Below are positions 42,185 through 52,999 of a stretch of 64,000 bases of DNA, piece by piece. Source of the DNA: an uncultured Chloroflexia bacterium (GTDB lineage: Bacteria; Chloroflexota; Limnocylindria; Limnocylindrales; CSP1-4); the NCBI GenBank assembly GCA_963789725.1, contig CAWBLU010000003.1, positions 387,170 through 451,169 of the forward strand. Direction: 5' to 3'. Numbering within the stretch: position 1 is the first letter of the stretch; every line of letters begins with the position of its first letter. A program made the translations under genes and the position numbers. Under the pieces are notes generated by a model that was not told where the DNA came from, made no database searches, and saw nothing but the letters and a program-made list of their open reading frames with translations.

Positions 42185-42936
42185 GCGGCATCCCGGGCGG
42201 CCGAAGCGGCGCTACGCTCCGTCCCTACACGGGTCCTCGCATGGGACTCGGCCCGGATCCAGGGCGCGGCCGGCTGTGACGAGCAGGCCGCTGATGCGGC
42301 CGCGAATGCCGTAGTCGAGGTCGGGGCATCGAACCGACGAGTGGGCGCTTTCGAGCCGGACGAGGCGCCCGGACTCGGCGTAGCGAATGAGTTCGAGCTG
42401 TCGCTGCCTGAGCAGCCAGAGCCGGCTGCCGGCGTCCGTTTCAAGCCACATGCGGGACCTCGATCGCCGTGCGCGAGCCGTGGAAGTAACTGGCGACACG
42501 TTATCCCGGTCGGCGCCAAGGGGTCGAATCGGTCTCGCATGATGACTCGGATGCTACCTCTTGAGGTGGTACTTGGACCGCTCCCGCCACAGCGGCGAGT
42601 ACGTCCCTTCCGGGCCTGAATCTGCGAAGGAAACCTAGAAGTGGATTGGCCTGGGCGACGACTTGTCGTCGGCGAAGGTTCGCCCGACGACGATCAGGGC
42701 GCTACCCAGATGGATGTGGAGCCCGCTGAATCGGTTTGGAGCCGGTCGCGGGGCGGCCGACCGGTTTGCCGCGGCCTCCGCCCGGAGTTCGCAGCCCCGC
42801 CTGGTGATGATCGACAACCGCTGTTCGGGATCTTCAGGCCACATCGTTCACCGCTCCGTTGTTAGTAGTCCACATCTCCGTCGTTAGCTCAACATCTAAC
42901 CCGCGGACGTGGAGAAAGGTCATGCAATTCAAGGGG

Positions 42937-44022
42937 TCAGCGCGCCAGGTAGGAACGGAGTTCCACGCCGGCCTCTTCCGCTCGATCGCGTCGGAGGCTG
43001 TAGTAGGTCAGGTTGCCCTGCTCCGTAAGGGTGATCAGGCCGGCCGCCCGCAGCTGGGCGAGGTGGTGCTTGATCGTCGGTTTGCTGAGCTCGAGCTCGT
43101 TCGCTATCTCGGTCAGATAGTGGTCCTTCTCGGCGAGGAGCCGCAGGATCCTCAGCCGGCTGCTGTCGCCGAGGGCGCGATAGAGACGCACCGTCGCGGT
43201 CGGGGGAGTGACGCGGTCGGCCGCGTCCAGGGACGTATCGGCGATGGGGTAGCAGATGAACTGCACGTCGCCGACTCGCGTCAGTGAGTTGTACGGCCGG
43301 CCGAAGTAGCTCGGAGCCAGCACGATGCGACGGATCTGCGGCTCGGGCATGAACCTGATGCCGTTTGTCGCTCGCTCCACGAAACCGATCGGGTCTCGGG
43401 CGGGATCGTCCTCGCGCCGGGCGGCGACGTCTCGTTCGAGCATTCGCTCGACGCGAGCCTCGACGGCCTGATACAGCGGCAGCCAGCCACGAACCACCTG
43501 ACGCGCGATCGGGGCCAAGTCGGCCAGCGGCCTCGTCAGGACGGGGTGGCCCTTGAAGGAGTCGAGCTTGGACTGGAGTTCCACAAAAGCGGCGGTGTCG
43601 CCGTCCAAGGCGCGGCGGGTGATGCCGCCCCATTCCGGTTCGGCCAGCAGGTCTCCGACCATCTCCTCGAGCAACTCGCCGTCGGTCAACGCGTCCAGGG
43701 CGTCGACGACGTCACTCGCGGTCCGAACGGAAGGGCGCGTGACAAGCATCCTGCCCAGCTCGCCGACGAAGCCGGTGCAGGTCGAGACGAAGACGTCCGT
43801 GCCGACCAGGCCTCGCATCGTCTCGCGAGACTCCTCCAGCCAGCGGCTGTCTTCGGGCAGCAGGTCTTCGAGCTCGCCGCACTCGTTGCAGGCGCTCGTG
43901 AGGAAGTCGTATCCGGTCCGGGAGTCGATCTCGACGACGGGCATCTGGGCCGTAGTCAGCCCCGGGCGGAGGAGTCCGCCGTGCCGGTTCGAAGTCCGGG
44001 CGGGATTCTGCGTGCCTGCCAC
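42937..44022 (-). CDS. ArsR-family HTH transcriptional regulator with a large N-terminal domain
   Basis: C-terminus RLRILRLLAEKDHYLTEIANELELSKPTIKHHLAQLRAAGLI is an HTH_ArsR. The alternative start MPVVEI is at 43944. Confidence 0.65.
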   Translation of the reverse strand: MAGTQNPARTSNRHGGLLRPGLTTAQMPVVEIDSRTGYDFLTSACNECGELEDLLPEDSRWLEESRETMRGLVGTDVFVSTCTGFVGELGRMLVTRPSVRTASDVVDALDALTDGELLEEMVGDLLAEPEWGGITRRALDGDTAAFVELQSKLDSFKGHPVLTRPLADLAPIARQVVRGWLPLYQAVEARVERMLERDVAARREDDPARDPIGFVERATNGIRFMPEPQIRRIVLAPSYFGRPYNSLTRVGDVQFICYPIADTSLDAADRVTPPTATVRLYRALGDSSRLRILRLLAEKDHYLTEIANELELSKPTIKHHLAQLRAAGLITLTEQGNLTYYSLRRDRAEEAGVELRSYLAR

Positions 44023-44259
44023 CTATCCTAGTTCCTCTAACGTCTGTTAGATGAAAGACTAACATGCCGACGAGCCGTGGTCAACGCGTGTTCCGGGTTG
44101 CGTGGGAGGGGTGGCGGGCGGATTGACGCGCATTGTGACTCGCGGGCACGAGAGGGCGGCAGGGCCCTCGACGCCCGTGGGAAGCGCGGCCCGTACAATG
44201 CGGACACGGCGGCGACGGCCGCCGGTGCAACGCCGCGTCCCTGGAGGAGTATCGACCGC

Positions 44260-45573
44260 ATGACCGCCCCGAGCGTCACGTTCACCGACGAGCGCCTCGC
44301 CAACGGCCTTCGCCTGATCATCTCGGAAGACCATCTCGCACCCGTCGTGGCGGTCAACATCTGGTACAACGTCGGTTCCAAGCACGAGGTGCCGGGCAAG
44401 ACCGGGTTCGCGCACCTGTTCGAACACGTCATGTTCCAGGGCTCGGGCCACGTCGCCAAGACCGAGCACATGGCCCTCGTCCAGGCCGCCGGCGGGACGA
44501 TGAACGGCACGACCTTCCTGGACCGGACCAACTACTTCGAGACGGTGCCGAGCCACCAGCTGGAGCTCGCGCTCTGGCTCGAGGCGGACCGGATGGCCAC
44601 GCTCTTGAGCGCTCTGAACCAGGAGAACCTGGACAACCAGCGCAGCGTGGTCAAGAACGAGAAGCGCTCCTCCTACGACAACCGACCCTACGGCTCGTGG
44701 TTTCACAAGCTGCAGGAGCACGTCTTCCCGCCGGATCACCCGTACCACCATCCCACTATCGGGTCGATGGAGGATCTCGACGCGGCCTCACTCGAGGACG
44801 TGGCCTCGTTCTTTCGGACCTACTACGCGCCGAACAACGCGGTGCTGTCGGTCGTCGGCGACGTCGAGCCGGCCCAGGTTCGGACCTGGGCCGAGCGCTA
44901 CTTCGGGGCCATTCCGGCGAACACGGCCATCCCGCGGCTCGGGGACGTGTCGCTTCCGTCGACGCTCGGGGCCGAGAAGCGCGAGGTCGTCGAGGACCGC
45001 GTTCCTCTGCCGCGCCACTTCTTTGCCTTCCGGGCCCCGGTCCTGGGCGATCCTCGCTTCGACGCGCTGGAAGTCGCTTCCCAGATTCTCGCCGGGGGCA
45101 AGGGCAGCCGGCTCTATCGGCGTCTGGTCCGCGAGGAAAGGCTGGCCCAGGACGTTTCGTTCTTCTCGCTCGGTCTCGTCGGCGGGGCATCGATAGCTGC
45201 CGGGCAGGCGACGGTCCGGCCGGGCGTCGATCCGGCGGCCGTCGAGGCCGCATTCGAGGAGGAACTCGAGCGTCTCGGCCGGGAGCCGGTCACCGACGAC
45301 GAACTGGCCCGAGCCCGGGCCCTGATCGAGACCTACGAACTGGAGGCCCTCCAGAGGGTCGACGAGCGAGCCGACCGGCTCTCCAGCTACGCGACGCTGC
45401 TCGACGACCCTGACATGATCAATCGCCAGCTGGGCCGCTATCTGGCGGTCGGCGCAGCCGAGATCCAGGCCGTGGCCGCGGAGGTCCTGCGGCCCGACAA
45501 CCGGGTCGTTCTGACTTACGTGCCGGCGTCCCAATCCGCCGGTGCCGGCCACGATGAGGAGCCCACGGCATGA
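44260..45573 (+). CDS. M16-family zinc peptidase (pitrilysin/insulinase-like, active subunit)
   Basis: Inverted zinc-binding motif HLFEH (HxxEH) near the N-terminus. ATG at 44260 follows GGAGGAG. Confidence 0.8.
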   Translation: MTAPSVTFTDERLANGLRLIISEDHLAPVVAVNIWYNVGSKHEVPGKTGFAHLFEHVMFQGSGHVAKTEHMALVQAAGGTMNGTTFLDRTNYFETVPSHQLELALWLEADRMATLLSALNQENLDNQRSVVKNEKRSSYDNRPYGSWFHKLQEHVFPPDHPYHHPTIGSMEDLDAASLEDVASFFRTYYAPNNAVLSVVGDVEPAQVRTWAERYFGAIPANTAIPRLGDVSLPSTLGAEKREVVEDRVPLPRHFFAFRAPVLGDPRFDALEVASQILAGGKGSRLYRRLVREERLAQDVSFFSLGLVGGASIAAGQATVRPGVDPAAVEAAFEEELERLGREPVTDDELARARALIETYELEALQRVDERADRLSSYATLLDDPDMINRQLGRYLAVGAAEIQAVAAEVLRPDNRVVLTYVPASQSAGAGHDEEPTA

Positions 45574-47024
45574 CACTCGAGGAAATGCTGAGGTCGCGGC
45601 CGTCGCCGGGACAGCCCCGCGGATACGAGTTCCCGGGGTTCCAGCGCACGGTCCTGCCCTCGGGCCTTCAGGTTCTCGCGGTGGACGTTCCGGGGCGGCC
45701 GCTCGTTTCGGCGAACCTGGTCATCCGGCGGGGCGCCGCCGAGGAGCCGGCCGAGGCCGCCGGCGCGACCGTGATGGCCGCCCGGGCGATGACGGAAGGT
45801 ACCGAGCGCTATCCGGGCGTCGAACTGACTGAGGCCGGCGAGCGTCTCGGCGCCACTCTCCATGTGGATGCCAACTGGGATGCCTTCAACGTGTCCGTCG
45901 ACGTCGTGGCCGGCCGTCTGGGCGCGGCGCTCGAATTGCTGGCCGAACTGGCACTCCGGCCGACGTTTCCCTCAGCGGACGTCGAGCGGCTGCGCGACGA
46001 ACGTCTGAACGACCTGCTTCAGGTCAAGGCCGATCCGCGCCGGCGGGTCGACCAGGCATTCACCGCGACCATATACGCCCCGGATTCGCCCTACGCGCGG
46101 CCCGCGGGCGGCAATGAAGAAACGGTTCCGCGGCTTACGTCCGACGTCCTGCGAACCGCGCACGGCGAGATCCTGGACCCGACCCGGGCCGCTCTGGTGG
46201 TGGGCGGCGACCTGGCCGGACTCGACGTCCCGAAGCTGGTCGAGGCTGTGCTCGGGTCGTGGGACGCCCCGTCCTCTGGCGCCGCTGGAGCCGCTCGGGG
46301 GCGTGCTCCGGAGCCGCCCGCCGACTCGGCCGTGGACCACCCCATCGTCCGCTTCTATCACCGCCCCGGCTCGGTTCAGACGGAACTGCGGATCGGTCAC
46401 GTCGGCCTGTCGCGGCGGGCGCCGGACTTCCACGCCGTCCAGGTCATGGCGGCGATTCTCGGCGGCCTCTTCAACTCCCGCCTGCAGATGAACCTGCGCG
46501 AGGCGAAGGGCTACACCTACGGCATCGGGGCCGGGTTCGAAATGCGCCGCGGCCGCGGGCCGTTCTCGGTCCGGACCGCGGTCCAGACGCCCTCCACCGT
46601 CCCGTCCATCACCGAGTCGCTGTCCGAACTGCGTCGCATCCGTGAGACGCCGGTTACCCGAACGGAACTGGAGGCGGCCCGGGACTACCTGGTCGGAGTC
46701 TTCCCGCTCAGGTTCGAGACACCCGGCGCCGTCGTCGGTGCCCTCGGCGGCATCTTCGTCCACGAGCTTCCCGACGACGAGCTGGCCCGCTACCGGCAAG
46801 AGGTCGAGGCGGTGACCATCGATGCGGTCCAGAAGGCGGCACAGGACCACATCCATCCCGAACGTATCGCCATCGTCGCCATCGGAGATGCCGACGCCGT
46901 TGCCGCCGATCTGGAGTCGGCCGGCTTCGGCGAGTTGCAGGTGATCGCCGAGGAGGTCCCCGCCGAAACCGACGCGGCCGAGGAGACAGAGCTGGTCGAG
47001 GGGCCCGAGGAGGGGAGCGAGTGA
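45570..47024 (+). CDS. M16-family peptidase, non-catalytic partner subunit
   Basis: M16 fold without HxxEH. Start overlaps the upstream stop (ATGA). Confidence 0.7.
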   Translation: MTLEEMLRSRPSPGQPRGYEFPGFQRTVLPSGLQVLAVDVPGRPLVSANLVIRRGAAEEPAEAAGATVMAARAMTEGTERYPGVELTEAGERLGATLHVDANWDAFNVSVDVVAGRLGAALELLAELALRPTFPSADVERLRDERLNDLLQVKADPRRRVDQAFTATIYAPDSPYARPAGGNEETVPRLTSDVLRTAHGEILDPTRAALVVGGDLAGLDVPKLVEAVLGSWDAPSSGAAGAARGRAPEPPADSAVDHPIVRFYHRPGSVQTELRIGHVGLSRRAPDFHAVQVMAAILGGLFNSRLQMNLREAKGYTYGIGAGFEMRRGRGPFSVRTAVQTPSTVPSITESLSELRRIRETPVTRTELEAARDYLVGVFPLRFETPGAVVGALGGIFVHELPDDELARYRQEVEAVTIDAVQKAAQDHIHPERIAIVAIGDADAVAADLESAGFGELQVIAEEVPAETDAAEETELVEGPEEGSE

Positions 47025-47677
47025 TCGTCGTCATCGGTCTGCCCGCCTATGCGGATTCGCCCGAGGGCGAGAAATGCGCCGGCGGGCTCGCCGTGGAAGT
47101 CGCTGCCGCTGCCAGGGGCCGGGGCAGCGCAGTGGAGCTGGTCGGCAAGGTCGGCAACGACGGCGCCGGGGACGCGGTCGTAGTTGCCCTGGGTCGCCTG
47201 GGCATCGGCCACGCCGCCCTGCTGCGCGACCCGATACGGCCAACCCCGGTTCTTGCGCCGCCCGTCACGGAAGACGATGCCGCCGAACTGGACGCGGAGG
47301 GCGCCGAGGCACGGCTCCTGCCCGAAGATCCCGAGGCGAGGCCCGCCCTCGAAGCCGCCGACGTAGAGCTGGCTCTCAAGTTCCTGCCGGCTGCCGGCGT
47401 CGTCGTCATCGCCGATCCACTGTCCGAGGCCACGACCGCGGCCGGGGTGGACGGAGCGGCGTATGCCGCGGCAAGGCTGATCGTGCTCGTGGCGGCCGGC
47501 TCTACCCCCCCGCCGGTCCCGGCCGGAGCCACGGTGCTGGAGGCCCCGCAGGCCGACGACGGCTCGTTCGGGCGGCTTGTCGGCGTCTTCGCCGGCGCGC
47601 TGGACGCCGGGCTGGAGCCGCAGGCCGCCTTCGGCGAAGCCGTCGCCGCGGCCGGTTGGGAGCCCGCAGCGGATTAG
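47021..47677 (+). CDS. PfkB/ribokinase-like domain protein (truncated, degenerate)
   Basis: N-terminus MIVVIGLPAY...GGLAVEVAAAARGRGSAVELVGKVGNDGAGD resembles the ribokinase N-terminal region. Lacks the C-terminal DTxGAGD ATP-binding motif. GTG start overlaps the upstream stop. Confidence 0.4.
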   Translation: MIVVIGLPAYADSPEGEKCAGGLAVEVAAAARGRGSAVELVGKVGNDGAGDAVVVALGRLGIGHAALLRDPIRPTPVLAPPVTEDDAAELDAEGAEARLLPEDPEARPALEAADVELALKFLPAAGVVVIADPLSEATTAAGVDGAAYAAARLIVLVAAGSTPPPVPAGATVLEAPQADDGSFGRLVGVFAGALDAGLEPQAAFGEAVAAAGWEPAAD

Positions 47678-47759
47678 TCGGCGGGTGCTCACCCGTTGCG
47701 TCGCATGGCGAGGCCCCGCGGGCCACGGCGAAGGACTCGCTTCCTGTAGAGTGCGGGCT

Positions 47760-49103
47760 ATGGACCGCGCCACAAACGGGCTTCGAATGGAGGGGGCCGC
47801 CAGCCTCCCGCCGGGCTTCGATCCCTCCGCTCAGACCCCGCTCGACCGCACGACCGCGATCGCCGCCATCTCTCGCGCCGACGACCTGATGGAGCAGAGC
47901 GAACCGGACTACGCCCTGGCCCTCTACTCGCGGGCGACGGGCATCGCCGATCGCGATGTCGCGGCCGCTGGCTTCTACGGCGTCGGCAACGCCCTGTATC
48001 GGTTGGACCGCGAGACCGAGGCGCTGGGGGCCTGGGAACGAGCCACCAGCCTTGGAGAGACGCCGGTCGCTTATCGGGCCTGGCGACAGCTGGCCGCAGC
48101 CCGCGTTCGAGGCGGCGACCTCCGCGGCGCGCTCGAGGCCTACCGCGAGTGCGAGAAGCTTGCTCCCAGGGAGGATCGAGCCGAGATTGCCTCGCGCTTG
48201 GGCTGGCTGAACAAGGAGAGTGGCAACGCCGGCGCGGCCAACAAGTACTTCGCTCGAAGCCGCGGCGACTCGCTGCCATCCGTGATGACGTATCTGATCA
48301 TCGCCGTCACGGTCGTGACATCCCTGTCGGCGATGTCCGGCGCGGTGACCCGGTTCGGCATCGACCCGACATCTCTCGAGGGGCAGCTCGCGCTGCACTC
48401 GCTCCTGGTCGCCCACGGCGACTATTACCGTCTGCTGACGGTGACGCTGGTCCACGACCCCACGAACATCCTGCACCTGCTCTTCAACATGTATGCCCTC
48501 TGGTATGCCGGCCAGATCGTGGAGCGGATGTACGGATCCTGGGTCATGTTCGGGCTGTATTGCGCATGCGGGATCGCGGCCAGCGCGGCCAGCTATTCCC
48601 TCGGTTCGGGCGGTTGGAGCGTCGGCGCCTCGGGCGCCGTCTTCGGCCTATTCGGGATCGTGCTGGTCGGCACGCGCTACCACCACGCCATCCTGGACGC
48701 CCAATCTCGGGCCGTGGCCTCGCAGATCGGCATGCTCATCGTGCTCAACCTGGCGATCGGCTTTTCCGGGTTCCTCAACGTGGACAACTACGCTCACGTC
48801 GGGGGTCTGATCGCGGGGTTGTGGCTGGGGTTCGTTCTCCCCCCGGGCCACGTCCAGACGCTGGCGTCGGTCTGGCAGTCGCCTCGAGGCGTCCGGTCGC
48901 CGCGTCAAGCCATGGCGACCCGCGCCGCGGGGGTCGTCGCGCTCGTGGCCGTGGTCGCGGGCATCGTCGCCTACGGAACGTCCAGATGGCAGGCCGATCC
49001 CAACTATCGCCGCCAATTTCCGTTGGGAGCGGTGCCGGTGGGGCGGGTCATCGTCGTCGCGCCGGCTGCCGACACAAGCGTCGATCTGGTGTTCGCTCGC
49101 TGA
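47760..49103 (+). CDS. rhomboid-family intramembrane serine protease with N-terminal TPR-like region
   Basis: GASGAVFGLFG (catalytic Ser) and AHVGGLIAGL (catalytic His) in the TM core. The N-terminal roughly 170 aa is soluble and helical, TPR-like. Confidence 0.8.
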   Translation: MDRATNGLRMEGAASLPPGFDPSAQTPLDRTTAIAAISRADDLMEQSEPDYALALYSRATGIADRDVAAAGFYGVGNALYRLDRETEALGAWERATSLGETPVAYRAWRQLAAARVRGGDLRGALEAYRECEKLAPREDRAEIASRLGWLNKESGNAGAANKYFARSRGDSLPSVMTYLIIAVTVVTSLSAMSGAVTRFGIDPTSLEGQLALHSLLVAHGDYYRLLTVTLVHDPTNILHLLFNMYALWYAGQIVERMYGSWVMFGLYCACGIAASAASYSLGSGGWSVGASGAVFGLFGIVLVGTRYHHAILDAQSRAVASQIGMLIVLNLAIGFSGFLNVDNYAHVGGLIAGLWLGFVLPPGHVQTLASVWQSPRGVRSPRQAMATRAAGVVALVAVVAGIVAYGTSRWQADPNYRRQFPLGAVPVGRVIVVAPAADTSVDLVFAR

Positions 49104-49109
49104 CCTCGG

Positions 49110-50243
49110 TCAGGCCAGGTCGTCGCGCCAGCCGAAGCGGTCCAGAACGCGATACATGTTCCGGCGGTTGAGCCTGGATCGATCCGGCGGCCAGGGGACA
49201 TCGTCGCGCCCGATCGGCAGCTCGACTCGCACCGCCCGGCGCGGCGCGGGAAAAGCGTCGTCGGGCTCGGACTCGCTCGCGATGGCGCCGCGGCCGGGCT
49301 CCTGCGCGTCGGAGGCGTCGGCAAGGTCGGCCGCGTCGTCCGCCGGTTCGACATATTCGGAACCCTCAGGTTCGGCCCCGGCGCGCAGGCGCAGGCTCCA
49401 CCACACGTCGAGCCACGACGGCGTCACGAAATGCTCGTCGAGTGGCCCCAGGGCGACGTAATCCGCGCGCCGGAATGCGAGCCAGGCGCCCTCGAGAGCG
49501 GTGGCATCGGCCCAGCCATCGGTCGGAGAACCGGCCATGGCGGCCGGCCCGGCTCCGCCCTCCATCCGCCGGAGCGCGTTCGGGCGTAGCGGGCCCTGCT
49601 CGGCCGCAACCAGCCCGAAACCGCCCGCGGCCGCAACCCCGGGATCGGCGAGCGCGGCCGCCAGCGGACCGAGCGCATCCCCCGCCGGCCAGGCCGTGGC
49701 GTCGGTCAGAAGCACGAACTCGCCGGCGCATCGGCGCAGGCCGATGTTCAGGGCGGCGACGTAGCCCAGGCGGGTGGAGGTCCGGAGCGCTTCCGGCACA
49801 GCACCGCCGATCGAGGCACGATCCGGCGCACCCGGCGCGAGCGCGGCGGCCTGGGCGACGCTGGGGTCGTTGGCCACGACTACGACCTGCGTGCCGGCCA
49901 GGGCGTGGGCGCGCAGTTCGGCCAGGAGCCTCGAGACTCGCTCGGGATCTTCGGACGCGTGCACGATCACGGTCCAGGACGTCGAGGCCGGAGCTTCGAG
50001 CAGCGATGGGACCGCGGCCGCCGAGCCGTATCTGACTTCGCCGTCCACGTCGACCGTGGCCGGCGCGCCCGGGCTCACGCTGGTCCGACTTCCGCGATCG
50101 GTCACTCGCCAGCCGGCGGCTTCGATCTCGGCCTTCAAGGCGTCCGCGCGCAGCCAGTCGCGGCGCGCGCGAGCTTCGATGCGTTCGCGGACGAGGTGGG
50201 TAATCTCGGCCGGGGGTCCGGCGGAGGAAATTGGGTCACTCAC
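49110..50243 (-). CDS. glycosyltransferase family 2-like protein (divergent)
   Basis: A weak GT-A-like profile (VIVHASEDPERVSRLLAEL...VVVANDPS...LGYVAALNIGL...LLTDATAW); no strong catalytic motif. Confidence 0.35.
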   Translation of the reverse strand: MSDPISSAGPPAEITHLVRERIEARARRDWLRADALKAEIEAAGWRVTDRGSRTSVSPGAPATVDVDGEVRYGSAAAVPSLLEAPASTSWTVIVHASEDPERVSRLLAELRAHALAGTQVVVVANDPSVAQAAALAPGAPDRASIGGAVPEALRTSTRLGYVAALNIGLRRCAGEFVLLTDATAWPAGDALGPLAAALADPGVAAAGGFGLVAAEQGPLRPNALRRMEGGAGPAAMAGSPTDGWADATALEGAWLAFRRADYVALGPLDEHFVTPSWLDVWWSLRLRAGAEPEGSEYVEPADDAADLADASDAQEPGRGAIASESEPDDAFPAPRRAVRVELPIGRDDVPWPPDRSRLNRRNMYRVLDRFGWRDDLA

Positions 50244-50290
50244 ACGGTCAAGGATAACGGCGAAGGCGGTCCGGGCTTGTGGGCGAGCCG

Positions 50291-51733
50291 CTACCGCGGC
50301 GGCTCGGTAGGCCTGGCCGGCGGCATCAGCGGTACGACCGGCATCAGGACGGTGACGCGAGCGCCGTGAGGGGCGACGTTCTCGGCCCAGGCTTCGCCGC
50401 CGTGAGCTCGGGCCAGTTCACGCACTATGGCGAGACCCAGCCCCGAACCGCTGCCGCTGCGCGACGGATCGGCTCGGAAGAAGCGCTCGAAGACCTTCTC
50501 GCCGGTGCCAGGCGGGAAGCCGGGCCCGTCGTCGGTGACGCTCAGGGAAATGCCGGGCGGGCGGCCGGGCAGGGTCATTGGCGCCGCTCGAAGCCAGATA
50601 TGGCCGCCTTTCGGCAAGATCGACAGGGAGTTGTCGACCAGGTTCTGCAAGATCCGCTCGGCCGCGAGTCGGTCGCCGGTGAACGTCAGCTCCGGCTCGC
50701 CCGGCACAGCCCCGGCGACGTCCAACGAGACACCCTGGGCGGCGGCCTTGCTGTCGAACCGGGCCGCCGCCCCGGCCAGGAGCTTCATCGCGTCGAGTGC
50801 CTCGGGTCGAAGCGCGCCCGGCCCGTCGCGGAGACGCTCGACTACACCCAACTCGCCCACCAGCCGCTCGAGCCGCTGCGCTTCCTCGGCGATCGTTCGT
50901 GCCGCTGCCGCCGCTCGTTCGCCGCTGGCCGTTCCGTCGGCGATTGCCTCGGCAAATCCGCCGATGCTCGTGAGCGGAGTGCGCAGGTCGTGGCGCAGGT
51001 TGGCCAGCAGCTGCGTCTCCTCGTGCCGGGTGGAAGCGAGCTCGTGGGCCATGGCGTTGAACCGCTCGGTCAAGGCGATCACTTCGTTCGGGCCTTCGAG
51101 CGGCAGGGGCTCGATTTCGCCGGATGCGGTGGGAAGAGCGCGCGCGGCGGCGGCGAGACGGCGCATCGGTCCGCTCACCGACCGCGCCAGAAGCCACGCG
51201 ACCGGCAGCCCCAGGAGCAGGAGGACGAATATCACGATCAGCAACGTGCGGAAGATGTCGCTCAGGGCCTGCTGGATCGATGTGTCCGGCATCGCGAAGA
51301 CGAACTTGAACCCGCCGGTTGCGTTGGGGTTCGGTTCGATATAGACGTAGGCTTTGCCGTCGGATGTCCTTAGCGTCCCGATGGCGTTCTTCGTTCCGGC
51401 GGGCGCTGCCGGCGGCATCGTTGCCGACGAAGGCGTGCCGGCGACGACGCGGACGACGCCGCGGGGACCCTGAACCAGCACGAAGCCGCCTTCGTCGACG
51501 ATCGAGCCGGTGAGGTTCTTGATGCGCTGCTCGAATTGTCCCTGCTCGGACACGGGATTGGCGAGCAGGCTCGCCTCGACGACTACCACTTCATAGCCGA
51601 GCGACTTCTTGATGTCGTCCTGGTGCGCGTCGCGAAGGACGACGAACAGCGATGCGCTCACGGTGACCAGCATCGCGACGCCAAGGGCGGCAAAGGCCAG
51701 GAAGATCCGTTTGGTCAGGCTACGGGGAAGCAT
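50291..51733 (-). CDS. sensor histidine kinase (TM-HAMP-HisKA-HATPase)
   Basis: LRHDLRTPLTSI H-box and GSGLGLAIVRELARAHGG G-box. Follows the response regulator gene in an operon. Confidence 0.85.
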   Translation of the reverse strand: MLPRSLTKRIFLAFAALGVAMLVTVSASLFVVLRDAHQDDIKKSLGYEVVVVEASLLANPVSEQGQFEQRIKNLTGSIVDEGGFVLVQGPRGVVRVVAGTPSSATMPPAAPAGTKNAIGTLRTSDGKAYVYIEPNPNATGGFKFVFAMPDTSIQQALSDIFRTLLIVIFVLLLLGLPVAWLLARSVSGPMRRLAAAARALPTASGEIEPLPLEGPNEVIALTERFNAMAHELASTRHEETQLLANLRHDLRTPLTSIGGFAEAIADGTASGERAAAAARTIAEEAQRLERLVGELGVVERLRDGPGALRPEALDAMKLLAGAAARFDSKAAAQGVSLDVAGAVPGEPELTFTGDRLAAERILQNLVDNSLSILPKGGHIWLRAAPMTLPGRPPGISLSVTDDGPGFPPGTGEKVFERFFRADPSRSGSGSGLGLAIVRELARAHGGEAWAENVAPHGARVTVLMPVVPLMPPARPTEPPR

Positions 51734-51742
51734 CAGGACGGC

Positions 51743-52459
51743 CTATTCGGCCGACGCCGGCGGTGGGAACGCCGCGGCGGTGCCACGTGGCGGCGGCACG
51801 AGCCGGTAGCCGATGCCGCGTATCGTCTCCACCTGCGGACCGTCGTCGCCGAGCTTCTTGCGGACTTCCGCCACGTGGACGTCGACCGTGCGAGTCTCGC
51901 CCGGGAAGTCCGTTCCCCACACGTCTTCAAGCAGCGCGTCCCGGCTCAGCACGACGCCGGGGTCGCGGGCGAGAGCCGCGAGGAGATCGAACTCTCGGGC
52001 GCGGAGCTCGAGCCGGCGGTCGCCCACGGAAGCTTCGCGCCGGCGCGGATCGATGCGCAGGTTGCCCACCTGGATCGGCCGCCCGCCTTTCATCGTCACG
52101 TCGGTCCGGCGCAGGATCGCCTTGACCCGCGCCACCAGGGCGCGTGGATTGAACGGCTTGGTCACGTAGTCGTCGGCGCCGAGCTCGAGACCGACGATCG
52201 CATCGACATCCTCCGACCTGGCGGTCAGCATCAAGATCGGCACGTCGCCGCGGCGTCTCAGCTCGCGACATACCTCGAAGCCGTCCATCTTGGGCAGCAT
52301 CACGTCCAGCACCACGAGGTCAGGGCCGGTGCGCTCGTACTGGACGAGGGCTTGCTCTCCGTCGCTCGCCGCGACGACGTTGAAGCCTTCCTTCTCGAGG
52401 TAGAGGCGCACGAGTTCCACGATGTTGCGCTCGTCGTCGACGACGAGGACAGTCTTCAT
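51743..52459 (-). CDS. OmpR/PhoB-family response regulator
   Basis: REC domain (MKTVLVVDDERNIVELV...LDVMLPKMDG) plus a winged-helix DNA-binding domain (IGYRLV). ATG at 52459 was chosen inside the longer ORF. Confidence 0.85.
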   Translation of the reverse strand: MKTVLVVDDERNIVELVRLYLEKEGFNVVAASDGEQALVQYERTGPDLVVLDVMLPKMDGFEVCRELRRRGDVPILMLTARSEDVDAIVGLELGADDYVTKPFNPRALVARVKAILRRTDVTMKGGRPIQVGNLRIDPRRREASVGDRRLELRAREFDLLAALARDPGVVLSRDALLEDVWGTDFPGETRTVDVHVAEVRKKLGDDGPQVETIRGIGYRLVPPPRGTAAAFPPPASAE

Positions 52460-52999
52460 GCGCGGAGCATACGTCGGCGGGTGGACCAGTCGCCGCGCTT
52501 GTGTAAGCGGGACGTAAGGAACTCGCTGGCCTTCGACGGTCGGAATGGGCGGCCGGGAAGCCAGCGATCGATCTCGAACCGATCGCGCTTCGAAATCGGG
52601 ACCTCCCACGGCACGGCCGCGTCGGTCGACCTGATCCGGGCGGGTCCCGAGGGTCTGGGTCGAGACCCTCGGGTCGCGCGGGACGACCCTGGGCCGGCCT
52701 CAGGCGATGGCGCTTCCGGGATGCTGATCATCAAGTCCAGCATGTCCGACTCCCCAAGCCCGCAGTTTGCCGGCGGCCGGAAACCGTGCGCCGGCACCGA
52801 TGCCGAGGTTTCCCACCGGGACGCTGGATCCTGCTCGCCCGACAGTACCCCTCCGCCGTGCGAGTCAAGGGCACTTGCGTCGGGCCGGCACGAACCTGGC
52901 CGCTTGCCTGCCCGCTACGATGGGGGCCCGCGAATCCTGCGGCACTCAAGACGCGGAACGAGTTCGCCGTCGCCAGGCCTGCCCATTTCAGGAGGAACG

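Noticed and set aside
47021-47677. Functional ribokinase/PfkB sugar kinase
   Set aside because: Only the N-terminal region resembles PfkB. The C-terminal ATP-binding motifs are missing and the protein is about 80 aa too short, so it is annotated only as a degenerate PfkB-like domain protein.
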